Shown piece after piece: positions 27,499 to 40,105 of a stretch of 64,000 bases of DNA (positions are counted from its first letter, which is position 1; each line of letters starts with the position of its first letter). Under the pieces are notes generated by a model, which was not told where the DNA came from, made no database searches, and saw only the letters and a list, made by a program, of their open reading frames with translations. This DNA is from Octopus sinensis. Lineage: Eukaryota. The stretch spans positions 79,980,001 to 80,044,000 of the forward strand of contig NC_043006.1 of NCBI RefSeq assembly GCF_006345805.1, written 5' to 3'. The translations under genes were made by a program, and so were the position numbers.

Positions 27499-29456
27499 AT
27501 GTCTTTGAAAATGGAAACAGTTTTTGCATTGGTTGTAGTTTGTCGTTTATTGTTCTCAAATATTGTAACATATGCAGATAACTTCAACAACTGTAGCCCA
27601 GGTTTGTGCTCTGATCCTCCCACTCATGACACATCAGAACACTGTTCGTGTCGTCCAGACTGTTACATCTACATGGAATGTTGTTCTGTCATGATTAATA
27701 AGAGCACTTCTAATCACAAACATTCCTATCCATCACTATATTACAGCTGTAGAACATTCGGCAAACGTTATGATCGTAAAACTTTGACCGTTGACCGCCT
27801 AACAATGATGTTACGGAGTATGTGAACAACTGCGAAAATCCTGACTCAGATGATCAACTACAAAACATACCCGCTTTTGGTAAAACAAGTAAAATACTCT
27901 ATAGAAACCTGTATTGTGCTCTGTGTCATGAAGAAGAATTTATTCTTTGGAATCTTTTATATGGATGCGACTCCATCTCTGATGTAAGCTTTGAAAATAT
28001 AACAAATTATCTCAAGAAGGAAATGTGTTGGGCAGATGTGAGACCTCCAGAAGATTTGAAGAAATATTTGTATTCTTGTATTCCATTTATTTCGAGTTGT
28101 CCACAAGATAGTAATAAAGAACAAACGGTGGCATGTGAGTCTGAGCCAATGGCGTTAATATATGTAAATAGGGTGTTTTACAAAAATAATGACTGTGCCA
28201 AATGTAATGGGGTTTTAGCTCCGTGTAATCAATTTTATACTACTTTCGAGCCCTCGAAATTTATTCCTGCACTGACAATCCTATTCTATTACAACACGAA
28301 TTCCTTTATGGTAACAAATGAACAGACCAGTACAAATCGTATCGGTGTACTGAGGACCTCATGTCCAAAGGACGCTGTCTACGATATCAATACCAATCAA
28401 TGTCGACAAGTTATCTACCATCCTCCACTAAACTGTACGACAACAAGATTAAATGAATCTGAGTATTACATTACTAGTGATGGTCGTCTCTACTTAAATA
28501 ATACCCAACGTTTTCTAAACCAATCAGAATTCACTCGTGATTCTCAAGGTATAATAAGTATCTGTGGAAACAATGATACCAATAATATATCAAATATCAA
28601 TGGTATATCAAAATATTCCGTAGCTGAGAGCTATATCACATTAGTGGGACTCGTAATCTCTATTCCAGCTCTAGCAATCAGCATTATAGTCTATCTCTGT
28701 ATACCTGATCTCCGTTCCTTACCAGGTAAATTGCTCATTAGCCTTTTGTCAGCACTGTTTGTAGCTGAGCTTCTATTTCTTATCTCGTCACGAGTCACTA
28801 AATCTACAGTACTATGTACATCTTTAGCTGCAGTAATGCATTATTCGTTTCTAGCCACTTTCTTCTGGATGAATGTCATGTCATTTGATGCTTGGTACAC
28901 TTTCTCGGGACTCACACAAATTCGAAGTAAAGGAAAAAACACCAAGAGATTTGTATTTTGTTCCTTGTATGCTTGGATCTGTCCACTTGTAATAGTAACA
29001 GTATCACAAATATTTGAGTATATTCCTGGAAATCTTGGACTTTCTCCAGAGTATGCAAAAGATATTTGCTGGATTAAAAATGGAAAAAGTCTGCTATGGT
29101 TTTATTTAATCCCTGTAATGTTTATTTTATGTCTTAATATCATAGCGTTTACCCTCACCGCTAGAGGGTTCTATTTGGCACGCAAACTCTCTTCGAAATA
29201 TTTATCAAAACATAAGAAATTGGAGTTTATCATTTGCGTAAAACTATTCTTTATCATGGGGCTAACATGGACATTCGCATTTCTGTATACGTTTACAAGA
29301 ATTGAAGAATTTTCTCTATTATTTTGTATTTTAAACTCATTCGTTGGATTACTTATATGTTTATCGTTTCTATCAACAAGTATTGTTCGACGCAGTATTT
29401 TTCAGAATCTGCAAAAAATGACAAAAACATCCACAAAAGAATCTGTTGATATTTGA
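27499..29456 (+). pseudogene. Receptor copy B, type-1 ectodomain, pseudogene
   Basis: 10-bp deletion after 27783 relative to A; TGT>TGA at 27792-27794 in the native frame; last 14 codons lost at the junction with C; otherwise open 7TM. Confidence 0.88.
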
Positions 29457-30611
29457 TATATTATTGGTACCATTGTTTACACAGATACTTATTATACCTT
29501 GAGAATCACGAGTGAATTCTGATTGGTTCAGCAAACGTTGGGTATTATTTAAGTAGAGAAGATCATCATTAGTGACGTAATACTCAGATTCATTTAATTT
29601 TGTTGTCGTACAGTTTAGTGCAGGATGGTAGATGACTTGTCGACATTTCTTAACTCTCAAATCGTAGATAGCGTATTTTGGACAGGAGGGAGACTGCACA
29701 TATCTAGTTTCCGTTTTGTATACTCTATTTGTTACCTTTACAGTTTTGGTATCATAATCAAAAAGTATTGTTAGAGAAGAATATGTACTTTTAGCTTTAT
29801 CAAAATAATTCACTTCACATATATCACTGGAAAACCCGTTGCATATAGCACAACCTTTGTTTTTGTAAACTTTAAGAAATTTATATATGCCATTTACAAG
29901 GTAGTCTGTGCTAGACTCCATATATATCAATGCCATTGGCTCAGACTCACATGCCATTATTTGTTCCTTATTATTGTTATCTTGAGGACAATTCGAAATA
30001 TATGGTGTACAATGATGCAAATATTTGATCAAATATGATTGAAGCTCTACTGTTGGCATACAGCTATCCTTGAGATAATTTGATATATTTTCAAAGGTTA
30101 CATTAGAGATTATGTAGCAGTTATATACAAGATTCCAGAGAATGAATTCCTCTCCATAACACAGAGCACAATACAGGTTCCTGTAGAGTCTTTTACTTGT
30201 TTTACCAAAAGCAGGAATGATCTGAAGTTGATCCTCTGAGTCAGGATTTTCACAGTTGTTAACATACTCAATAACATCATGGTTATCTGGACAACGGTCA
30301 AACTGATAAGCATAATCATTACCAGCTTTTCGGCAACTCATAGTTGGGTAGTTTGTGATAGAAGAGGTCTTACTAATAATGTCAGAACAGCATCCATTGT
30401 AGAGGTAGCAGTCTGGTTGACACGAACAACGTTCCGATGCGCCATCTGAACACAAAGCTGGGCTACAATTGTTGAAGTATCCTGCATGTGTTATAACACT
30501 TGAGAACAAAAGAACGCAAACTAAAAACAATGTTTCCATTTTAAAAGATATAATTAATGATGCATGAATTAACCTTTCAAATCCTAATAGTTCTTTGATA
30601 TTTTGCTTCAC
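29373..30611 (-). CDS. Receptor copy C: open ORF with signal peptide and nearly complete type-2 ectodomain, no 7TM (388 aa from ATG 30539)
   Basis: No stops over about 364 ectodomain codons; homology to D ends at NNISNIN (29446), then 24 codons read antisense into B. The ORF-track start is GTG. Confidence 0.7.
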   Translation of the reverse strand: MKQNIKELLGFERLIHASLIISFKMETLFLVCVLLFSSVITHAGYFNNCSPALCSDGASERCSCQPDCYLYNGCCSDIISKTSSITNYPTMSCRKAGNDYAYQFDRCPDNHDVIEYVNNCENPDSEDQLQIIPAFGKTSKRLYRNLYCALCYGEEFILWNLVYNCYIISNVTFENISNYLKDSCMPTVELQSYLIKYLHHCTPYISNCPQDNNNKEQIMACESEPMALIYMESSTDYLVNGIYKFLKVYKNKGCAICNGFSSDICEVNYFDKAKSTYSSLTILFDYDTKTVKVTNRVYKTETRYVQSPSCPKYAIYDLRVKKCRQVIYHPALNCTTTKLNESEYYVTNDDLLYLNNTQRLLNQSEFTRDSQGIISICVNNGTNNISNINRFFCGCFCHFLQILKNTASNNTC

Positions 30612-30939
30612 TGCTGTAATTTTACAAGATCTGACAGGTATTTTTAAAATTTTGCAATGTTTCCTAAAGATACAATGACTATTACCTTAACAATATTTTC
30701 ATTCCGAAGCGGGGCAATGAAATTAATTTCGGTAGATTTAGATTCTTGGATTTTATTAGTATTAAATGCTAAATGTTCGCGACTCGGCTACTTAGCGTCA
30801 CATATATGCATGGAAATGTATAGATCCGAAGATAGTGGAGGCATCGGCAAAAGAACAAATATTTCATTAAACATACTATTATTGTAAACATTGATACATA
30901 TTCAAGCACACACGCATATACACAGATAAACACAAACGC

Positions 30940-31003
<64 letters not shown>

Positions 31004-31143
31004 ACTTATAAACAAGGGCAAAAGAAAAAATTCCAATGCCAAATATGCCGAAAATAGACTTAATCGTCAATAACCATATAATTTATCACTATAAGCACGC
31101 GTCTCGAAAGCAAGCCGATAGAGACTTCTAAAAAATTTCGTTA

Positions 31144-31205
31144 TTATCGAATCGGCCCCGATTTCTGAGTTAATTCATTTAGATTTTTCTCGTCATCAGC
31201 GATAA
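31144..31205 (-). ncRNA. Hammerhead motif family H3, sense to gene C, about 600 bp upstream of ATG
   Basis: ttatcg CTGATGA c gag..ctc a GAAA tcgg-gg-ccga TT cgataa: 6-bp stem I, full core, AUU site, mismatched base of stem II. Confidence 0.6.
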
Positions 31206-31420
31206 ATACGATAAGAAAATTAATGAGATACTTACTTGTACCCACGGAAGTAGTAAACACTAAGTCCTGTGTACACTTCAGTACCCTAAATATATTCAAA
31301 ATAGAAGTTCAACAGCATACTTCGAGACACGTGTGATTCACTTCGGGACTCTCTCACTCTATGAGAATTTTCAGTCCGATCACATATTTTTATTATTATT
31401 TATTATTATTATTATTATTA

Positions 31421-31475
<55 letters not shown>

Positions 31476-33844
31476 TACTAGTGTTGTTGTTATACATACA
31501 TACATACAAGCATACGTAATGAAAATAATAAGTGGATGTAAACACCTGAACAAAATAAGAATAAACAAAAACAACAATAAAAGCAAATTACACGAACGTA
31601 TATAAACAGAAGATACAAATATTACAGGCATCCCTCCACCACACACACACTAACTAAACATAGACGCACATAGAGATATAAGCGTGCGCAAGTGAAGACA
31701 TACGTTAGAAATACAAAATGACTGACGGTTAGTAAGGAGAGACACAAATAAGAAAGAAGAATACAAAGGACCACTGATGCGGTCACAGGAGTGTGACGAA
31801 AGAACTCTGGCCGAAATTAGATTAAGATTAATGTACAAAATAAATATCACTGAAGCAAAATAACACCAAATATATAGTGCGTGTGTTTTTATTGGCTAAA
31901 CTGGCAAAATGACCATTCCGAAATATAACAATATCTGTTTTAACACACGAATTCACATAAAAAATCTTGCACAACAGATATATAAACATACAATACTACG
32001 GCTGAAACAAAATAAAAGCAGAGAGGCGCAACGAAGGAGAAGGATAAATTTTGTCAGTGTCTTACCGCTGTGCAGAGGAAAACAGTGATATCATTACGCA
32101 GAAAGCATTGCTTAATTTTTGCATGGTAAAGAATATTGTTCTTACCAATATCCAAACTTGATTTGATGCTCAGACGTCGCAACAACAATTGCCGTTACCT
32201 CCTATAGCGAGATGTGAATTGAAAGCATGATGGGCACAATGTCATTGAAAGTGATAGGAAAAGAAGACAGAGATAGTGAATGAGAACGATAGAGATATCG
32301 ACTATAAAATGGAATCAAATGACAAGTAGCAAAGTGGTCAATATGTAGCTGCCGTTTTCCGGAAGCAATCTAAGAACAATAATACGGCTGATTCAGAGAG
32401 AGAAACAAAAGAGAGAATACAGTAACATTATCACTAAGAGAGAGTTCACAAGGAGGATATATACAGTGTATAGTAAATATTTCGAAATACAGCGATATCT
32501 TTATGGAGAATACATTGGTTAATTTGCATGGAAGCTTATGCTGCTGTTCCTGATATCCAGAGTTGGTCTAAGAACTGAGGTTGTGGAAGCATTTGCACCT
32601 GCAGCTGTTAATTGATATTTAATGAAACCAGAATGGGTAAAATATCATTAAGAGAGAGAAGGATAAAGATGTTACCGATAGAATAAGACGGATTTTCATT
32701 AAAACTATGATGGGACAAATGTCGTTAAAAGAGAGAGGGGTACACGGGTATATCTCCAAGAGAGTGTCAACGAAGAAGAGGTAGGAAGACTTGCTGGTAT
32801 GTGGCAGATCTGTTGAGTAGAAGCAAAGAACAATGATACGGTGGTGAGAGAAGGAGAAAAAAGGAAGAGAAAACAGTGTGATCCATATCGAGGATAAATT
32901 TGTTAATTTACATCCAATCGTCTATAAACAAACAATGATTGAGAATTGTGAAGTAGAAAAGATTTCCGCCTACGGCAAAATCTATATTTCTACTGAGACC
33001 AGGATGGGCCGTATGGCATTAGCAAGTAGGTGGATCGAGAGGAAGAGAAATGACAGATATATCCCCAACAGAGTAGCAACGAAAGAGGGGACGGAATGTC
33101 TTCAGTATGTGGCAGCAGTATTGAAGAAGAAAATAAAGAATAATAAGGAAAAGAAAAGAAAAAGGGAGAAAACAGTAACATTAACACTAAGGAAGAGATG
33201 ACAAGGGACAAATTACAATACCTAGAAAATATTTCAGGAAAAATTGCTATTTTTACGGAGAACATATGTATTAATTTGCATGCAAGACAATATTTTTCTT
33301 ATCGATGCCCAAAGTCGGCAGGAGAGTTCCGTCAACAGATGTAGTTAGATTGTTAATGAAAAGAGGAGGGGTAGAATATCATCAAGGGAGTAAGGCAAAG
33401 AGAATAAGAGAATGTGTGAACAACGGAGATATTACAAATAGACGAGCAACTTCTATTGGGATGTTGCAGTAGTGTTGAGGAAAAAAAGACAAAGATAGAC
33501 AGAGAAAGAAAAGGAGAGAAAACAGTAATATTATCAGTGAGACAGGAGTGACGAGGAAGAAATTGACTATATTTAGGAAACCATTCCGAAAAACATTGAT
33601 ATCCTTTCGGAAAATACAATAGTTTATTAGAATTGAAAATTATACTGCACTTATTAATAGATTTTAAGTTAAAATGGGAGGTAAAAAAAATTATTAAAAC
33701 AGAGAGGGAAAGACACAGACAGACTGAGAGGGTGAGTGATAATGGCAGAGATATCACCAAGAGAAGACCAACGAACGAGAAGTTTGAAAATCATTAGAAG
33801 AATTGATTTGTTAATTAACTTGTATAACTTGCATTTAACATATG

Positions 33845-33906
33845 ATCATGCAATCCAGATCCATACATATATATTTATACACACACACACACGCACACAC
33901 ATACAC

Positions 33907-34001
<95 letters not shown>

Positions 34002-34686
34002 AATGTATGCATATATATATATGTATAAGTATGCATGTATATGTGTGTATATGAATATATGTGTACGTGTATGTATGCATGTATATATATATATATGTGT
34101 GTGTGTGCATGTGTGTGCGTGTTGTATTTGTACATATATATATATATATACGACTACATCTTCATCTATGCGCATTTGCATTGTTTGTAGGTGTATATAT
34201 ATATTAGAGTGAATTTGTGTATACATGTATGCGGGTGTATATTTATATATGTATATCCATACATATATGTATATGTGTGTGTATGTGTATATATCTATGC
34301 ATATCCATGTCTATAATTACGTATGTGTATACGTGAGTGTATTAACACGTGTGTGTCAAACTTTGCACAGACGTTTGTATCATGCTTTACGTACGAATAT
34401 ATGCACATATTTATCTATGCTATGTATGTATATTTATGTATATATACACGTGTGTACCTACATATATGAGATCCTATACATATTTATATGTATGTATTCG
34501 TCCATGCGTATGCGTATGTGCGTGTATCTAATGGTATGTATATACCCATATACTTTGATGTGCGTGTTTGAGCGCGTATGTATAGGTGCGTATATATATA
34601 TATATATATATATATTGGAAGTATGTATGTATGTATGTATGTATGTATCTGTGTAAGTATATGTGCGTCTAAGCACATATATATAC

Positions 34687-34719
<33 letters not shown>

Positions 34720-34800
34720 TGTATGTATGTATGTATGTATGTATGTATGTATGTATGTATGTATGTATCTGTGTAAGTATATGTGCGTCTAAGCACGAAC
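33845..34800. repeat. Cryptic AT/GT simple-repeat tract (paralogue 57790-58620)
   Basis: Alternating purine-pyrimidine low complexity. Confidence 0.9.
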
Positions 34801-35025
34801 ACACACAAAAAATTTTCGTCTAAGTATTATCTTCCTTTCAACTTTTGCATCCTTTTCTCCCTCTCTTAACGCTTACTACAATGAAGACTCATTAAGTCAT
34901 TTTCTCTAAACTAGAATGTTCCATATTCATATTTTTCCTTGTTTTTTACTCATTCGCGAAGTTGATGGACATATAGCGGTACGTAAAATCGAATGAGAAA
35001 ATCTCTAGTAAGACCTTTTACTGAT

Positions 35026-35067
35026 GTACCTGAAGAGACCCATAACGGGTCGAAACAAGTGTCGTAC
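35026..35067 (+). ncRNA. Hammerhead motif H1 (best copy)
   Basis: gtac CTGAAGA gaccc-ataac-gggtc GAAA c-aagt-GTC gtac. Confidence 0.8.
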
Positions 35068-35493
35068 CCAATAAAATGTTTTACTCAATCCATCTATTTT
35101 ATTAATACTGTTACCCTAACCGCCACTACGAAGTTCCTGCAATAAATCTACGGATTACAACATATAAACAAAACTGTACCGGTGCTTTACTCATCTTTTT
35201 ATACATTTTGTATAATTTCTCCATTATAGGTAAACATATATGAGAGGTATTCGTATCTAGAAGACCCAAAGAGTAGCATTAACGCTACGTAAATGCTATG
35301 GACAGACCGTAGTTAAACTCTTGGTTCGATAATGATACGAGTGAGGAGTCTAAGATGGATCTTGTACTAGCATGCATATATATGTTAGATAGAATGAGAT
35401 AACAAAGCAAAGTTGTGAGTTTTCAGGACATGTATAATAGAAGTCTTACATATACACACACACACACATATATATATATTCACACACACACAC

Positions 35494-35533
<40 letters not shown>

Positions 35534-35576
35534 GTATATATATATATGTGCGTGTGTATATATGTATGTATATGTG

Positions 35577-35610
<34 letters not shown>

Positions 35611-35730
35611 TCCAATAATACCATAATTGACCCACGTCCTCGCGTTGTGCTTTCTCTTTGTTCATGTTTGAAGTGACTATATATATGTGCGTGAGTGTGA
35701 GTGTGTGTGTGTATGTGTGTGCGTGTGTAT

Positions 35731-35762
<32 letters not shown>

Positions 35763-35774
35763 TTGTGTGTTTTC

Positions 35775-36950
35775 ATCAACGAGATGTCCAATAGATGAGA
35801 CTGCGACCTCATGCTTTTTAGCTAATGAGAAGAACACTTTCGGGTTGGCATTTATTTAATCATTGGTCCATTTCTTTTCTGCTTTTCTTTAATCGTCAAT
35901 AACATTTCTCATAAAGGTTTGGTGATGGTGTTTCCTTGATTCTAGTGAGCCTATATCCGCCGTGTGGAAGTGTTCCAAATAGCAATATCTTAGGCGGTTC
36001 ATTTTTTGATTCGTTCTCTTTATCTTTCGTATGAGTGATTTTCTGGGACGTGTTAGTCCGTATTTTGTCTTGTTCATGAACCATAGTGGGGTAAAATCAT
36101 ATGTTTGTGAAAATGTCCATAAATTGCAGCCATGATGAATCAATGCTTCTTGTTGTAAAGTTGTCTGCGAAAGGCCAATCAATGAGTGAGAGCTCGTGGT
36201 TGATTGCAGACCAGTTAGCATTGTGAAGATCCATGAGATTGAAGAGGTGTGAGTGATTGAGATCACTCGGATACGCAATTGGCTGCCAGAATCTGAGGTG
36301 ACAGAGAACCATAGAGTGGTCGGAAAAAAACGTTTCCACTGTAATATCGTGGATATTGTTTGTGTGGTTGCTTGGCACTAAATCCAGAATGTTCTTGTTG
36401 AATCTCGTTGGTACGAGCACGAGTTGCGATAGGACAAATTCATCCATAAATTAAAATAGGTATTCCACTGCGTCTTTGTCTGAAGTGAAACTGTACGCAC
36501 CGGTTTTCAGGGTATGAGTAGACCAGTTAATACAGGGGAAATTGAGATTGCCCATCATTAAAATATTATCAGGTTGACATTGTTGAATGAAAGACTTGGT
36601 GTTCGTGAGGCAGTCCTTGAAGCACAATAGCGGTGCATGAGCTGACCTGTAGAGCCCAATTATTTCTAAATCATTGTGATACTGATTCACAATAGCCCTT
36701 GGAAAATGTGACATTTCTTTCTGCAGTAAATGAGTCTTGTAGGAAAATGACACCTCCTACCATTTTTCTACCTATGCGGTCTGCTCTGATTGTGGTGAAA
36801 TTCCTTACTTTTTACTTTCAGCTTCCAAGTGGGAGTTGTTAAGGTAGGTTTCAGTAAGGAAGAAGAAGGGAATGTGCTGAGTGTGGTCGGTAACCCAATC
36901 CTCAATGGATTGCATGGAAGGGTGTGCATATGCCTTGAACATTGGGTAAG
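35775..36950 (-). mobile_element. CR1/L2 endonuclease fragment, paralogue of 18275-19430
   Basis: Same motifs in ORFs 36097-36447 and 36451-36753. Confidence 0.85.
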
Positions 36951-37491
36951 AATGTTGAGACTGGAGTAGTGGCCTGGTCAGACCTTTTTAGAGGTCTCGG
37001 TAGAAATTTATGGGTTAATGACAGTGACGAGGATAGGTTTTGCACGGAAGATGCAGCAGAGGTTGATTCCGTGTGATAGCCATGATATTCTTCTCGATCT
37101 CTTTGGGTCTCTTCTGGATCTCTTTGGATAAAAAATAAGAATTAACCTGGTTAAGGAGAACTCCGTGGCTGGAGTTGTGTCTACATTCACAGTTATGTTA
37201 ATTGCTTCGGTCCAGATGGAGGATATGTAAACGGAACCCTTTTCCTCTTAAATTTCTTTTTTCACGGAAGCCCACGTTTTAGGCTATAGAGATATTCTAA
37301 TATCCTTTGAGTAAAATCCAAAAGTCCAACAGGGTTTAATATGAGTCCTTCCAAATATAGAGTTTATAAGCAATGTAAGATTCCATTATGATTGAGATCC
37401 ATCAGATTTTTAAACTTGGTCATTCCCAGTAGGAAATTTATATAGATTTCTGCAGAGTCAAAGATTTGTGACTTAACTTTCATCTCACACC

Positions 37492-37543
37492 GTCTCCGAT
37501 GAAGGGATATTATTAATTAATAACTCAGAAACAGCTGTAAGAC
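37492..37543 (+). ncRNA. Hammerhead-like motif H2 (CCGATGA core variant)
   Basis: gtct CCGATGA a[stem]a GAAAC agct GTA agac. Confidence 0.45.
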
Positions 37544-37754
37544 CTTCTAGCTATAAATGCTCTAATATCTATACAGCCTTGGTTTTTTTATCACATTACG
37601 CAAAAAATTATAATATACACACGCTGACATAGAACCAACATTGAACACTTAATTCGCAATTTCACCGAATCTGGAACATAACTATGGTTTGTCAATAGCA
37701 CTTATTCAGCATTACCGGATACGTTTGGGTCTCAATGATACCATTATCTCTTAA

Positions 37755-37975
37755 TGTGTGCGTGTGTGTTTGTTTGTCTGTGTTTGTCTCTTCATCATCG
37801 CTAGACAACAGACGTTGTTGGATTTATGTCCCCGTAACTTAACAGTTCAGCAAAAGAGACCAATAGAATAAGTACTAGGCTTACAAAGACTAAGACCTGG
37901 GGTCCATTTGTTCGACTAAAGGCGTTTTCCACCATGACCGCAGTCAAATGACTGAAATAAATCAAAGAAAAAAGA
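37755..37975 (+). mobile_element. SINE S1, 3' half (paralogue 61060-61290)
   Basis: S1 body motifs. Confidence 0.75.
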
Positions 37976-38741
37976 ATAAACAAACGTACAAATATATATA
38001 TATATAAGTTCAGCAAAATTTACATTCAGATGAATATGGTACCAGAATTTTGTATGGTATGATCCATATAAATCTAATGGGGTGATTATAATCAAAATAA
38101 GCAACAAGTATATCCAAAGTAGAGTAGTACAATTGTTTCCTGCTACTTCATTTTATTAAACACTGTAAGTATTACATCAGTTTTAAAATGTCGAGCAATC
38201 TTCAGCCAGTTATAGAATATTCCAATCAAACGGACAATACGCATTCTTATCTCTACTTCATTTGCCAACATTATAAAGAGGGTAGATATATAGACAGAGT
38301 GGTTAATTTCATTCTTAAGAACATGAAAGCAGTATATTCACTCTCTGACTGTAGATTTTATCATTGAGTTCACTTTGTTATATAGATCTGTCAGTGGGGA
38401 GAATGATTTTATTTTTGGTTGGATGGAAACAAAGAATTTTTTCTATTTAAAGATATATGAAGGGGTCGTAAAAATGTCAAAACCATAAACCTATTCCTAT
38501 TTTGAGGAATTCGGTTTAGATACATTTGAATGTATTATAGCAAAAAGCTGGTTGGGTGAAGTTAGAGGGGTAGGGGAACATAGACTACTAGTGCTCTAGA
38601 GGTTTTAATGTTCCTTACCATTTAACATCCAGATTCCATATTAAGAAATTTAAGTAAATATTCTTTAGATAATTTTCTAAAGAATTTCAATAAATTTAGT
38701 AACTTATATAGAGATAGAAAATATAGAAATCATTTCATATT

Positions 38742-38774
<33 letters not shown>

Positions 38775-39179
38775 CCATTTCTATTAATATATAATCATAA
38801 TTAGCAAGTAAATGGCGATTTTTTATTGAGTTGAATTAAAAGAAAATTTTGTACATAATATTTACTAACTGTGGTGAAAAACTTTATCACTTTAATAAAT
38901 ATATCAGGAGTCAATAAGATATATTAAAAAGTAATGGAAGGGGGGTACTCGAGATGAACGAAGTACTTTCTCTAGATATATAGAATTTTTACAATTATTT
39001 CATATTTATATATATCCATTTCTATTGATATATAATCATAACTAGCTAGTAAATGGTGATTTGTTTTATTAATGAGTCGAATTGAAAGAATATGTTATAC
39101 ATAATATTTACTAACTGTGGAGAAAAACTTTATCAATTTAATAAATATATCAGGAGTCAATAAGACAATATTAAAAAGT

Positions 39180-39950
39180 AATGGAAGGGAGGTAATCAAG
39201 ATGAACCAAGTAATTTCCCTAGATATATAGAATATTTTTACATCCTATATAGTATGGTATATTCATTTTTTACCAACAAACATTATCATCTAGCAATGAA
39301 ATTTTTAATTCTCACTCAAATCATTATAATGTTGCTTTATCTGGAGCTGGATACGACCAGGAAATCACCTTCCTAGTTCTTGATAATATAAATCTTTCAA
39401 ATGAATAAATGAATGACAACAGCGCAAATAATATAGACTCTTCTATTTAAAAAAAAATATAAATCTATTAAAACGAGTAACCTAGTATATAAACCTGATA
39501 CAAGAATTAGAAATGGAAAACAGATCATAAATAAGTATAAAAAGTTTAAGCTAGATCAAATATTTATAAATAATAATTTTAAAAATTCTCTCCCACAGAA
39601 AAAAAAAACTAATAAACATAAATATAAGACTAAAGAGAATAACGAATCTCTAAAGGATACAAATAACATTAATCTTCCCACCCTTACTCAAATAAAAGAA
39701 ATTCAAAAGAAAAAATTTTGTATCGTTAAATATCCCCTTCAACTGTAGGATTTCTACGAACATATACGGCGAATTTAGGTCTATACTAGAAAAAACTTCC
39801 CTGCTTCCCATAAATATTATAAAATAATTTCTAATATATCAGTAGGAATATCATACTCTACTCTTCCAAATATAGGTACCATAAAAGCTAGACTAAATTG
39901 AAAAAAATATCAAGTTAGCTAGAAATGGAATAAATAGTAACAACAACAAA
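39180..39950 (+). mobile_element. Decayed Penelope-like fragment, paralogue 2
   Basis: CATTATAATGTTGCTTTATCTGGAGCTGGATACGAC (HYNVALSGAGYD) and the downstream linker. Confidence 0.6.
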
Positions 39951-39959
39951 AACAAGAAC

Positions 39960-40017
39960 AATAATAATAATAATAATAATAATAATGATGATAATAATAA
40001 TAATAATAATAATGATG

Positions 40018-40103
<86 letters not shown>
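39960..40103 (+). repeat. (AAT)n tract, paralogue 2
   Basis: Direct inspection. Confidence 0.95.

Positions 40104-40105
<2 letters not shown>

Larger units (their letters stand above)
30612..39960. repeat. Upstream region of C, direct segmental duplicate of the upstream region of D (51631-63360)
   Basis: Colinear blocks over about 9.3 kb, roughly 90-95% identity by eye, with arm-specific indels. Confidence 0.92.

Noticed and set aside
29373-29445. C's read-through tail as a membrane anchor
   Set aside because: The hydrophobic stretch is only about 13 residues and is interrupted; too short for a TM helix.
30540-30611. 24-aa N-terminal extension MKQNIK... in C and D
   Set aside because: It starts at GTG; the AAAATGG preceding the signal peptide is the credible start.
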